Made by a program: the position numbers and the translations under genes. A stretch of 29,423 nucleotides of DNA from Candidatus Woesearchaeota archaeon. GTDB lineage: Archaea > Nanobdellota > Nanobdellia > Woesearchaeales > SM23-78. The DNA lies in contig CBFDDS010000001.1 in NCBI GenBank assembly GCA_965603625.1, positions 1-29,423 of the forward strand, given 5' to 3'. The notes under the pieces were generated by a model, which worked only from the letters and a program-made list of their open reading frames with translations, was not told the origin of the DNA and made no database searches. Positions 16,349 to 24,911 of the stretch are shown here, piece after piece. Each line of letters opens with the position of its first letter. Position 1 is the first letter of the stretch.

Positions 16349-18784
16349 TTACCGATTAAGCCTCTTCTCTCTTACTTTTCGAATACCAATCTCTATTAAA
16401 AAGATTATCACTGCCAGTAAGATGAATGGCCAGATAATAGTTGTCCTTTCAATCTTGCTTTTCTTTGAAGCACTCTTTACAAAATCAACAATATCCTTAG
16501 TCTCTGAAGATTTAAAAATCTTTCCTCCGCTCATACTCACAACTTCCTCTAGTCTTGGGTTCATGCCAAGGGACTGGTACTCTGTCTCATAGTTTACAGC
16601 GTAACTTTTTCCAAGCACCTGGCTAAACCCGAGTTCCTCGGCTATTATTGTTGATTTGTACTGGTTCTCTCCAACCCGGGTAAAGCCCAGGCCCTCAGCA
16701 CTAGGATATTTATCACTCTTTACAATAACATCAATTGGTGTGTTTATCCTTGAGTCAGGTATCACAACATAATAGGGTTCTTTTCTCTGAGGGTCTCCTA
16801 TGACCCAGTTGGTAATCCTAGTGAGCAGGATGGAGTTCCTCTTGTTAAGCAGGTCCCCAAGATTATTGTTGCCACTGAAGACATTAAGAGTGGCCACTCT
16901 GCCGAGCCCATAGTTCCACACAGTAACTGCTGGCTCTCCATGCTGGGTTGTGACAAGGAGCTGGGCGCTGCTCTTGGGTATTACCTGGTTGAATCCGTAG
17001 AGAGAGGCATCCAGCAATAGGTCTTGTGTAATGAAATGGTAGGGATTAATAACAAAGAGGTCAAATAGTTCGCCAAACTTGGTTTCTTCTGGGTCTCCAA
17101 ACAGTATCTTAAGCCGGTTCTCTTGGTCTGCTGGGAAGTAGATACCCCCTCCGTTATAAGCTATATCTTTTAAGAAATCCTCAGCAACATTCCTTCCTGT
17201 GCCCACAACATAAACCTTGACCCCTCTTGCATTAATGGTCTTTGCAGTGTCGAGAGTCTGTTTTCTTATGCTATCACTGCCTGTATTGCCATCTGTGATT
17301 AGGATTATATTATTTGTGCCTACATGGTCTTTTAGGATTGAGTAGGCACCTCCAAGCCCTATATGGAAGAAGGACTGGCCTGCTGGCTGCTGAACTCTTG
17401 CTATTTTATCAATGAGCTGCTCCTTTACTAAGAAGAGCGGTTGGAGGGACTCAACAATAAAGCTTTGGGTGTGAAATCCAGTAACACCAACACTGTTGTC
17501 AGGGCCCAGGCTCTTGATAATGCTTACAGCAAGGGCTTTTTCTATGTCCTGGATATCAGACTTCACCTTTCTTAGTTCAGTAATCCTGCCTGTCTTTGGG
17601 TCTCTTACGACTTCATATCTGTCTCCACTGCTGCCTGAGAAGTCAATGGCCATTGCAATGTTGCTTGAGCCTCTTTTTCGTGCAGCCTTGCCGACATATA
17701 CAGGGAGATATGATTCCAGCAGGGAGTTCTTATAGTCCCCTCTGTCAAAGCTGTCAAAGCCGCCTATAACAAATAAGCCGTTTCCATAGTAGCCCCCCTC
17801 CTTATCGATAAGATAGTTAGCAAGCCTTTCAACTCCTCTGATGTTGGCGGGCTTGTCATAGAGGATAACAGCGTAGTAGTCATTAACATTCTCTGGTATG
17901 TGATTAAGCTCAGTAACATCATAAAGATTCTTGATTATCTTTTCAATAGGGGCATAGCTGTCGCTTACAAGCAGAATCTTTGGTTTTTTCACAACACTCA
18001 CGCTCTTGTAGAAAATATTGTTATTTTCAAAATAATCCTGGGGCGCACTTACCTCTGCTATTATCCTATGGTTGCCCTCCTTGAACTCCTTTTCAAAGAC
18101 ATATCTATCCTTCTTTGTAACCTCATTGATGATAACCTCGTCATCAACTGTGACTTTTAGCCTTGCCTCTTGACCGCCAATATTTATTATGTTTACACTA
18201 AAGGTATTATTCACACCCACAACAGTGCTCTCAGGACCAGAGATATACAGCCCGGCCTCTTTTTCCTTTTCCTCCAGCTCAATAGCGCTTATAGTGCTGT
18301 TAAGATTTGCTGCCAGCAGGGCAACATCTCCAAGTTCTGTGCCCTTGTTAACATTTCCATCAGTTATTAACAACAGGTTGGTGTCTTTTTCTAAATAACC
18401 GAGAATGCTGTCTGCTAAGTCAGACTCCATGCCAGAGCTGAGAGTCTTAATGCTTACAGGGACTTCTCTCTCGAGCTCCTGCTTTAGTATGTTCATAAAT
18501 CCAGTATCCATAATTTTCATGGAGGTGGTGTTGTCAGCCAGAATGATTAGCTTTGGGTCTCCATAAGTGGTTGTCTTTACCTCGCCAAAAGGCTTTGCAA
18601 GCACGATGACCAGGAGTATGAAAATTAGAATTCTTGTTATCAGGATTGTTCTCCTAAATCTCTTTTTCTCTTTTTTATCACTGAAATCAAACTGGATAAA
18701 GTCTCTGAAAAGAAGGATTATAAAGACTATCAGGATGGGGATTAATACCAAGAGCACCTTTGGGTCTAGTATGTTATCTATCAC
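16349..18784 (-). CDS. Large membrane protein: BatA-like N-terminal TMs, degenerate vWA, Ig/CARDB-like domain, GATase1-like domain with inserted vWA, C-terminal TM
   Basis: ITRILIFILLVIVLAKP; LADNTTSM; DYFENNN; LFVIGGFDSF...LESYLPV; AIDFSGSS...LITDG; WNYGLGRV; WPFILLAVIIFLIEIGIRK. GTG start with GAGGTGA SD. Confidence 0.8.
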   Translation of the reverse strand: MIDNILDPKVLLVLIPILIVFIILLFRDFIQFDFSDKKEKKRFRRTILITRILIFILLVIVLAKPFGEVKTTTYGDPKLIILADNTTSMKIMDTGFMNILKQELEREVPVSIKTLSSGMESDLADSILGYLEKDTNLLLITDGNVNKGTELGDVALLAANLNSTISAIELEEKEKEAGLYISGPESTVVGVNNTFSVNIINIGGQEARLKVTVDDEVIINEVTKKDRYVFEKEFKEGNHRIIAEVSAPQDYFENNNIFYKSVSVVKKPKILLVSDSYAPIEKIIKNLYDVTELNHIPENVNDYYAVILYDKPANIRGVERLANYLIDKEGGYYGNGLFVIGGFDSFDRGDYKNSLLESYLPVYVGKAARKRGSSNIAMAIDFSGSSGDRYEVVRDPKTGRITELRKVKSDIQDIEKALAVSIIKSLGPDNSVGVTGFHTQSFIVESLQPLFLVKEQLIDKIARVQQPAGQSFFHIGLGGAYSILKDHVGTNNIILITDGNTGSDSIRKQTLDTAKTINARGVKVYVVGTGRNVAEDFLKDIAYNGGGIYFPADQENRLKILFGDPEETKFGELFDLFVINPYHFITQDLLLDASLYGFNQVIPKSSAQLLVTTQHGEPAVTVWNYGLGRVATLNVFSGNNNLGDLLNKRNSILLTRITNWVIGDPQRKEPYYVVIPDSRINTPIDVIVKSDKYPSAEGLGFTRVGENQYKSTIIAEELGFSQVLGKSYAVNYETEYQSLGMNPRLEEVVSMSGGKIFKSSETKDIVDFVKSASKKSKIERTTIIWPFILLAVIIFLIEIGIRKVREKRLNR

Positions 18785-20650
18785 TTATAGGTCACCTCTC
18801 AGTTTGATGTACAGGAATTCAAGCAATAACAGGACCAGAGCGGCGATTATAATGTAATTTGTGAGCTCAAAGGGAACCTTGTCCTTGAACTTGGAGCTCG
18901 CCTGGTAAATCCCCTGCTCGCTAAGGCTTTCCTCGTTATTGATATCAGACTCTCTTTCACTTAGAAGATTAATAGCGATTACCCTGTCATTCAGGGTGTA
19001 CAATCCTGCATTCTCAAGGCTCAGGGTCTTGGTAGTAATTTTTCCTGTCGGAGCCTGTATTTTTTGCTCTTCTTTGAAATTCATAATGTTTCCTGTGTTA
19101 TAATTCAGGTTTTTTATAGAGGGAGTGTCTGTGGCGAAGTCAACAAGCCTTTTCCAGAATACAAAATAAGCAGGGCTCTTTGCAAAGCTGGTTCCTGCCT
19201 GCTTATCCTCGTCAAGGATACCATAAAAGAACACTTTCCCTTCTTTTAGGGTGCTGAAGGTTATCAAAGGAGTTTTGTCCTCGGCAGCAGCCAGTACCAC
19301 CAGGTTTATCCCTTCGAGGGGGCTTGCCTTGAAGTACTTCTTTGTGATTCCGAACTCAAGGTTTGCTGTGATACCCTCACTGCTGCTGGCAAGGATGTTG
19401 GTGCTTGTAGTAGCTGTGCCATTGACTCTTGAGGGCATAAGGCCGTAATAGTTAATATTCATAAGATCTGCCTGTGCTGCAATTATCACGGTTTTGCCTT
19501 TTTCCTCGACCTCTTTTTTTACACCCTTAAAAGTTCCTGGGAGGATAAGGTTGGGATTAGCATCTTTAAAGATAAAAATCTCATAGGCTTTAAGGTCGGG
19601 TATTTTAGGTGGAATAGCAACATCAATATCAGTGTTCTTCATCACATCAAAGGCATTGAACAGGAAGGTCTTCTTGGGGTCGGCGTTGTTGGTAATCAGG
19701 AGAGCCCTTTTTTTGACGTTTTCTGGTGTACTTACATAGATGGTGTTGTCTGCTTCAAAACCGTCTTTTAGGCTTGTAACCTTAAGCTCAAGCTTGCTTG
19801 TGCCTGCAGGCGTTGAGAAAGTGAATAATTCCTGGGATTCTGAGGGTATGCTCATCTTCTCTTCAAGAGAATTGACCTTGAGCTCTATCTCAACACTATT
19901 AGCATTATAATTCTTTATAACAGCGCTCGTCTTTTTCTCGTCGATGTCCAGGTCAATTATCCCTACATTGTTAGCAGGCTCAAACACTCTTATGAAATCC
20001 ACCTTTATGCCCTGTGCTTCCAGAGTCTTCTTTGCAGTGTCAAGATTGGTGTCTGTTTCTGTGTCAATGAAATCACTAATCACGACAATTCTTGAATCAC
20101 CTCTTGCGTATCCCCCTGCCGTGCTGATAGCATCATAAAGATTAGTTGGGGTGTCTGTCGGGTCTAGCCTGGTAAGATATGTCTTAATCCTGCTGGCAGG
20201 CTTGTCAATAAGCACTACCTCTGGTGTTTTTTTAGCGAGCACAAGGGTGTTTATCGAGCCAAGATTCTTTTTTGCAAGTTTAACAGCCTCTTCAAAGCGG
20301 GTTTTTCCGTCATAATCCGCCTTCATGCTTGCGCTCACATCCAGCACAAGAACAGTGTTCTTGAAGAGAGACTCCTTTGTGACATTGATAAATGGCTTTG
20401 CAACTGAAAACAAGAGGAAGAGCAGGACTAGGAGCTGGAGCAGGAAGAGCAGGTCTTGGATGAGTTTCCTGAAAAAATTGGTCCTTCTATCCCTGCCCAG
20501 ATCCTTGAAGAGGAACATTAGGCTGGGAAGCACCTTATGCTTTGGTTTTGGCTTGATGAGGTAGAGGAGAATAAAAGGGATTAAGAGGAGAAGAGCATAG
20601 AGCCAGATAGGTTCAAGGAAAAAATTGCTGGCACTCTCTAAAAAACCCAC
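18785..20650 (-). CDS. BatA (N-terminal double-TM) + vWA domain protein with C-terminal TM
   Basis: FLEPIWLYALLLLIPFILLYLIKP...PSLMFL, LLFLLQLLVLLFLLFSVAKP, MIDAS VLDVSASM...T...VISDF, C-terminal IAALVLLLLEFLYIKLR. GTG start with GGTGA SD. Confidence 0.85.
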   Translation of the reverse strand: MGFLESASNFFLEPIWLYALLLLIPFILLYLIKPKPKHKVLPSLMFLFKDLGRDRRTNFFRKLIQDLLFLLQLLVLLFLLFSVAKPFINVTKESLFKNTVLVLDVSASMKADYDGKTRFEEAVKLAKKNLGSINTLVLAKKTPEVVLIDKPASRIKTYLTRLDPTDTPTNLYDAISTAGGYARGDSRIVVISDFIDTETDTNLDTAKKTLEAQGIKVDFIRVFEPANNVGIIDLDIDEKKTSAVIKNYNANSVEIELKVNSLEEKMSIPSESQELFTFSTPAGTSKLELKVTSLKDGFEADNTIYVSTPENVKKRALLITNNADPKKTFLFNAFDVMKNTDIDVAIPPKIPDLKAYEIFIFKDANPNLILPGTFKGVKKEVEEKGKTVIIAAQADLMNINYYGLMPSRVNGTATTSTNILASSSEGITANLEFGITKKYFKASPLEGINLVVLAAAEDKTPLITFSTLKEGKVFFYGILDEDKQAGTSFAKSPAYFVFWKRLVDFATDTPSIKNLNYNTGNIMNFKEEQKIQAPTGKITTKTLSLENAGLYTLNDRVIAINLLSERESDINNEESLSEQGIYQASSKFKDKVPFELTNYIIIAALVLLLLEFLYIKLRGDL

Positions 20651-20731
20651 TTACCTCACCACTAAAATGTTATGTTAATCCATCTATTGAAATTAAAGTC
20701 CTATACTTAATAGATTTTAGACATAAGTTTT

Positions 20732-20750
20732 AATATAAATGTTTTTCTAA
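20732..20750 (-). promoter_or_regulatory. BRE/TATA promoter of the vWA-MoxR operon
   Basis: The minus strand reads TTAGAAAAACA-TTTATATT about 80-100 nt upstream of GTG 20650. Confidence 0.45.
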
Positions 20751-20770
20751 AGTTTCGAGAAACCCGAGAC

Positions 20771-21634
20771 TTAATCGCAGAAAACCAGCTCAGCAGCGCC
20801 TAAGACGCCGGAATCATCACCCAGAGCGTTCTTTTTGATTTTGCATACCTTATAGAGTGCTGGAAGAGCATATTTTCTTGCTATTTTTTGCACATCTTTA
20901 TAAAAAGGCAGGTTGCTTACTCCCCCACCTACAACAATGCAGTCGGGGTTAAAAGTATTTATGAGATTTGCAAAGAACAATCCTGTGTAAAAAACTGTTT
21001 CATCATAAGCCTTTTTCGCGGCCTTATCTCCTTTTCTTAAAATAGCTCTCGGTGTATGGGCTCTTTTGCCACTAAGCTTCTCATATCTTCTGACAATGAA
21101 AGGGCCCCCAAGGAGTTCTTCAATATGTTTTATTCCTTCATTTGTTGCTATGTATGTAAACCCTGCTTCGCCTGCAGCTCCTAGGGTTCCTCTGTAAATT
21201 TTGTTGTTAAGTATTAATCCTGTACCAACCCCAGTACCTAAAATAACTCCGATTGTATTATTGCTTCCTTTAGCAGCCCCTAGCTTGTGCTCTGCAAGCG
21301 CAAATAAATTAGCATCATTATCTACTTTAACTTTTATTTTTACTTTTTTCTCTAGTTCTTTTGCTAAATTAATACCAACAAGTTTTGTAAGTGTTCCCCC
21401 TCCGAAAGGCACCACTCCGTTTGGAAGTATAAACCCAGGCATTCCAACACCAACACCTACAACCCCTTTTGTTTTCATTCTTTCAATTACTTCAACAATA
21501 TTTGCAATGACTTTTTTTCTTCCTTTGTGGTGCTCTGTCGGCCTATGGTAATGCTTATGAATTCTACCTTTCTTGTCCATAAGGATGCCATATATCTTGG
21601 TTCCCCCTAGGTCAATTCCAATTGCGTATTTCAT
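20771..21634 (-). CDS. ROK family sugar kinase (probable glucokinase)
   Basis: IGIDLGGTKI, GVGMPG, DNDANLFALAE, LGTGVGTG, VVGGGV, GVLGAA. Confidence 0.88.
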   Translation of the reverse strand: MKYAIGIDLGGTKIYGILMDKKGRIHKHYHRPTEHHKGRKKVIANIVEVIERMKTKGVVGVGVGMPGFILPNGVVPFGGGTLTKLVGINLAKELEKKVKIKVKVDNDANLFALAEHKLGAAKGSNNTIGVILGTGVGTGLILNNKIYRGTLGAAGEAGFTYIATNEGIKHIEELLGGPFIVRRYEKLSGKRAHTPRAILRKGDKAAKKAYDETVFYTGLFFANLINTFNPDCIVVGGGVSNLPFYKDVQKIARKYALPALYKVCKIKKNALGDDSGVLGAAELVFCD

Positions 21635-21643
21635 TTTCTTTTT

Positions 21644-22501
21644 TCAAATCCTTTTCTCAGCCTTGAAAATAATTATGTGGCTCTCCACTTCTTTTGAAAT
21701 GGCATCAATAACCTCCTTCATGTAGTGGTAGGGGACATAATCCTCTCTGTGATGCAGGGCTTTGAGAAGGGCCTGCGCAAAAGTTACTCTCGTTTCTGTG
21801 TTAATATTGATTTTGTCTATTCCCAGCTTGATTGCTTTTCTGAAATCTGCAGCACTAATACCAGAGCCACCGTGCAACACAAGAAACTTGCCGGTCTTCT
21901 GCTTGATTTCCTTTAATCTGTCGAAGTCAAGCCTGGGCCTGTCCTTCCAGATGCCATGGGCATTGCCAATACTGATAGCAAGGGAGTCAATCCCTGTGAG
22001 CTCAACAAACTCCTGTGCCTGGTCAGGATTGGTCATGATGTCTTCTGTGAGCACGTCCTTTAACCTCTCCTTATGGGTTGTTGAGCCGCCAGTTATGCCT
22101 CCTAGTTCCCCCTCAATAAACACGCCATTGGCATGAGCATAATCAACTGCTTTTTTAGTCTCCCTTACATTGTGCCTGTATGAGAGCTTGGAGCCGTCAA
22201 AGTGCACAGAGGGATATCCAGCATCAACCACCCGCTTCAGCTCTTCAAAAGATTTGGTGTGATCAGCGTGCAGAATCACATGAGGATACCTCTTTCTAAT
22301 AGCATGATAGACAGCAACGCTCTCCTCGAGCCCGAAGAAATCCCTCTCGCCCTCACTAGTCGCAATGATAACCGGTGCTTTGAGCTTGATAGCAGCATTA
22401 ATAATTCCCTTGAGAATCTCGCTTGTAGAAAAATTAAAAGCTCCAAGGGCAAAATGCTTATTTTCTGCCTTCTTATAGAGCTTGATAATCCTGTGCCTCA
22501 C
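21644..22501 (-). CDS. fba: Class II fructose-bisphosphate aldolase
   Basis: ALGAFN, HADH, HFDGS, EGELG, AISIGNAHG, VLHGGSG, KININT. GTG start with GAGGTG SD. Confidence 0.92.
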   Translation of the reverse strand: MRHRIIKLYKKAENKHFALGAFNFSTSEILKGIINAAIKLKAPVIIATSEGERDFFGLEESVAVYHAIRKRYPHVILHADHTKSFEELKRVVDAGYPSVHFDGSKLSYRHNVRETKKAVDYAHANGVFIEGELGGITGGSTTHKERLKDVLTEDIMTNPDQAQEFVELTGIDSLAISIGNAHGIWKDRPRLDFDRLKEIKQKTGKFLVLHGGSGISAADFRKAIKLGIDKININTETRVTFAQALLKALHHREDYVPYHYMKEVIDAISKEVESHIIIFKAEKRI

Positions 22502-22558
22502 ATCTCCACCTCTTTTCCAGGAAATAGTCCTTCTATTGATTTAAATGTTTTGGTTGGA

Positions 22559-22576
22559 TTAGGAAAAGTTTAAATA
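22559..22576 (+). promoter_or_regulatory. BRE/TATA promoter for the 22607 hypothetical
   Basis: TTAGGAAAAG-TTTAAATA ends 31 nt before the ATG. Confidence 0.5.
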
Positions 22577-22606
22577 TGAGAAGGGATAGAGTTTAATTGA
22601 AGCAAA

Positions 22607-22999
22607 ATGTCATTGTTAAGAGAGTTAAGAGATTTGGTTGATAAATTATACCAGAAGGAGGAAAAGAGAGAGCACACTCATGAAAAACAGATAAAGCTAT
22701 ATCCTCCTGGTTCAAAAGCAACAGCAATGAATGAAGAACTACTCCATGAAGCAGTTGAAGCCAAGAAAATCCTCCATGACATCTCAGTGAGTCTTCGGTT
22801 AGTGCATAATGCCCTCCATGGCCATGAGGAGGGCTATGAGAAACCTTTCGAGGCTGCAATAGAACAGCTCAGGGGCGCAGGTGTTGATCATGAATTAGAT
22901 AGGCGTATTGAGAGGTTGAAATGGGCTGATAAAATCATCCATAATGTCTTGGATCATATTAAGAGAGCTCAGCATGCAGGAGCCCCTGCCAACATGTAA
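22607..22999 (+). CDS. Hypothetical His-rich all-helical protein
   Basis: 130-aa ATG ORF filling the gap between fba and mre11, with a promoter upstream, host-like codon use and 11 His. Confidence 0.7.
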   Translation: MSLLRELRDLVDKLYQKEEKREHTHEKQIKLYPPGSKATAMNEELLHEAVEAKKILHDISVSLRLVHNALHGHEEGYEKPFEAAIEQLRGAGVDHELDRRIERLKWADKIIHNVLDHIKRAQHAGAPANM

Positions 23000-23012
23000 C
23001 TTCTTATTTCTT

Positions 23013-23029
23013 TTAGCAAGCTTTATAAT
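23013..23029 (+). promoter_or_regulatory. TATA box for a leaderless mre11-like transcript
   Basis: TTAGCAAGC-TTTATAAT, with the TATA 23-30 nt upstream of ATG 23052. Confidence 0.55.
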
Positions 23030-23051
23030 CTGAGGTTGATTTCCTTTCTCT

Positions 23052-24257
23052 ATGAAATTCGCTCATCTGGCAGATATTCATATCGGCGCTTGGAGAGACC
23101 CGGCTCTGAAGAGCCTTGGCCTAGAGGCCTTCAAGAGGGCTATTCATATAATCCTTGAGAAAGAAGTTGACTTTGTGCTCTTGGCAGGAGACTTGTTTAA
23201 TACATCCATGCCTTCTATCGACCACTTGAAGCTGGCGGTGATTCTCCTTAAGAGACTTAAGAAAGCAGGAATTCCTGTCTATGCTATTCCTGGCAGCCAC
23301 GACTATAGTCCCTCTGGAAGAACCATTCTTGATGTGCTTGAAGAGGCAGAGCTCCTGGGCAATGTGATGAAGGGACAGGTTATTGATAAAAAACTGAAGC
23401 TGAGATTCAGGATTGACAAGAAGACAGGAGCCAAGATTACAGGGGTGAGAGGGAAAAAAGGAAGCCTTGAAAAAAAAGACTTTGAAGTGCTGGACGTAGC
23501 CAGCTTGGAACAAGAACCTGGCTTTAAGATTTTCATGTTCCACACAGCCCTTGACGAGCTAAAGCCAGAAGAGCTCGAGAAGATGGAGTCAATACCAGCT
23601 ACAGAACTGCCGGGAGGCTTTGACTACTATGCTGGAGGGCACGTGCATATTGTTAAGCACAAGGATGTTTCTGATTACAAGAACTTGGTTTACCCAGGCC
23701 CTGTTTTTCCTACTAACTTTGCAGAGCTCTGGAAGCTTGGAAGAGGAGGATTCTATATATATGATAGTGGAAGGCTTGAGTTCCAGCCCATTAACATAAA
23801 GAATATTTACAGGATAGAGATTGATGCCGAGGATAAGACTCCCGAGCAGGTTACCCATGAGCTTGAAGCAACCATTCAGAACAAGGAGTTTAACAACACC
23901 ATCGTGCTAATAAGAGTTGGTGGCAAACTGAAGAGCGGAAAGCCAAGCGATATTAGTTTTAAGAACTTTTTCAAGGATTTATACAACAAATCTGCTTATT
24001 TTGTTATGAGAAACACTTCCAAACTCTCATCACATGAATTCGAAGAAGTAGGGATTAGCTCTGGAACAGCAGACCAGATAGAAGAAGAGTTAATCAAAGA
24101 GCACTGCGGCAAGACAAAGACGAGTTTTTCTGATAAAGAGATGGAAATAACCAAGAGCCTTATCAGTCTGATGAGCGAGGAACAAAAGGAAGGAGAGAAA
24201 AAGTATGAATATGAGGCAAGAATGAAGAAAGAAGTTGATGAAGCCCTGAGTCTTTAG
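23052..24257 (+). CDS. mre11: Mre11/SbcD-family metallophosphoesterase DNA repair exonuclease
   Basis: ADIHIG, AGDLF, PGSHD, FMFH, GGHVH, YPGP; capping domain VLIRVGGKL; acidic C-terminal helices. Confidence 0.85.
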   Translation: MKFAHLADIHIGAWRDPALKSLGLEAFKRAIHIILEKEVDFVLLAGDLFNTSMPSIDHLKLAVILLKRLKKAGIPVYAIPGSHDYSPSGRTILDVLEEAELLGNVMKGQVIDKKLKLRFRIDKKTGAKITGVRGKKGSLEKKDFEVLDVASLEQEPGFKIFMFHTALDELKPEELEKMESIPATELPGGFDYYAGGHVHIVKHKDVSDYKNLVYPGPVFPTNFAELWKLGRGGFYIYDSGRLEFQPINIKNIYRIEIDAEDKTPEQVTHELEATIQNKEFNNTIVLIRVGGKLKSGKPSDISFKNFFKDLYNKSAYFVMRNTSKLSSHEFEEVGISSGTADQIEEELIKEHCGKTKTSFSDKEMEITKSLISLMSEEQKEGEKKYEYEARMKKEVDEALSL

Positions 24258-24261
24258 GTCT

Positions 24262-24911
24262 TTAAGTATTTAAATGAGGAAGAACATCTCTCAAATCATT
24301 GCTGTCAACAACAATATGCGCGTGTTTCTTGAGTTCTTTTGATTCAGCATTAAAAGCAATGGCTTTGCCGACGATTTTAAATGCTGCAAGGTCAACATCA
24401 GTGTCCCCAATGTATATAACCTCTTTTAAATCAATATCTAGCTTTTTGCAAACCTCTTTGATAATATCAGCTTTTTTATTTTTTCCAGCTTCTGTTCTGG
24501 CATTATATCCCTGGACTTTTCCATCTTTAATAACCAGTTCATTTGCAAAGATATAATCAACACCAAAATCCTTTTCCACTCTCTTTGAAACTGCAAAGCT
24601 GCTTCCACTAACAATTGCTGAAACCCAGTTATTTTTTTTATAAGCTCAAATAAATCTTTTATGCCTTTCATGTACTTACGGTTTTTAACTAATTCAAGGA
24701 AAGGAGTTGCATCTTTTCCTTTCCACAGCTTATGTACAACCTCTTCAACCAGTTTCTGGTAATCATTATGAAGATATTTCTTTGTCAAAGCCTTGCCCTG
24801 GTCATAGGTTCCAAAAGCTTTATGAGCATCCATCCAGAAATCCCTGCCTTCAACCAGAACTCCATCCACATCAAGGCAGATTAATTTGTATTTTTGTTCA
24901 TGCTTACTCAT
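24262..24911 (-). pseudogene. HAD-superfamily (SerB-like) phosphatase split by a -1 frameshift at an A8 run; pseudogene, slippage-dependent gene or assembly error
   Basis: Frame 0 carries motif I (LDVDGVL). Adding one A at T8 24632-24639 gives IKKNNWVSAIVSGSS (motif II) and continues into GKNKK (III) and YIGDTDVD (IV), for a total of 216 aa. Confidence 0.85.

Noticed and set aside
24438-24630. C-terminal 60+ aa of tracked ORF 24438-24911 and the separate start of ORF 24262-24579
   Set aside because: These are artefacts of the frameshift: HAD motifs II-IV are in the other frame, and 24579 is an internal GTG (Val).
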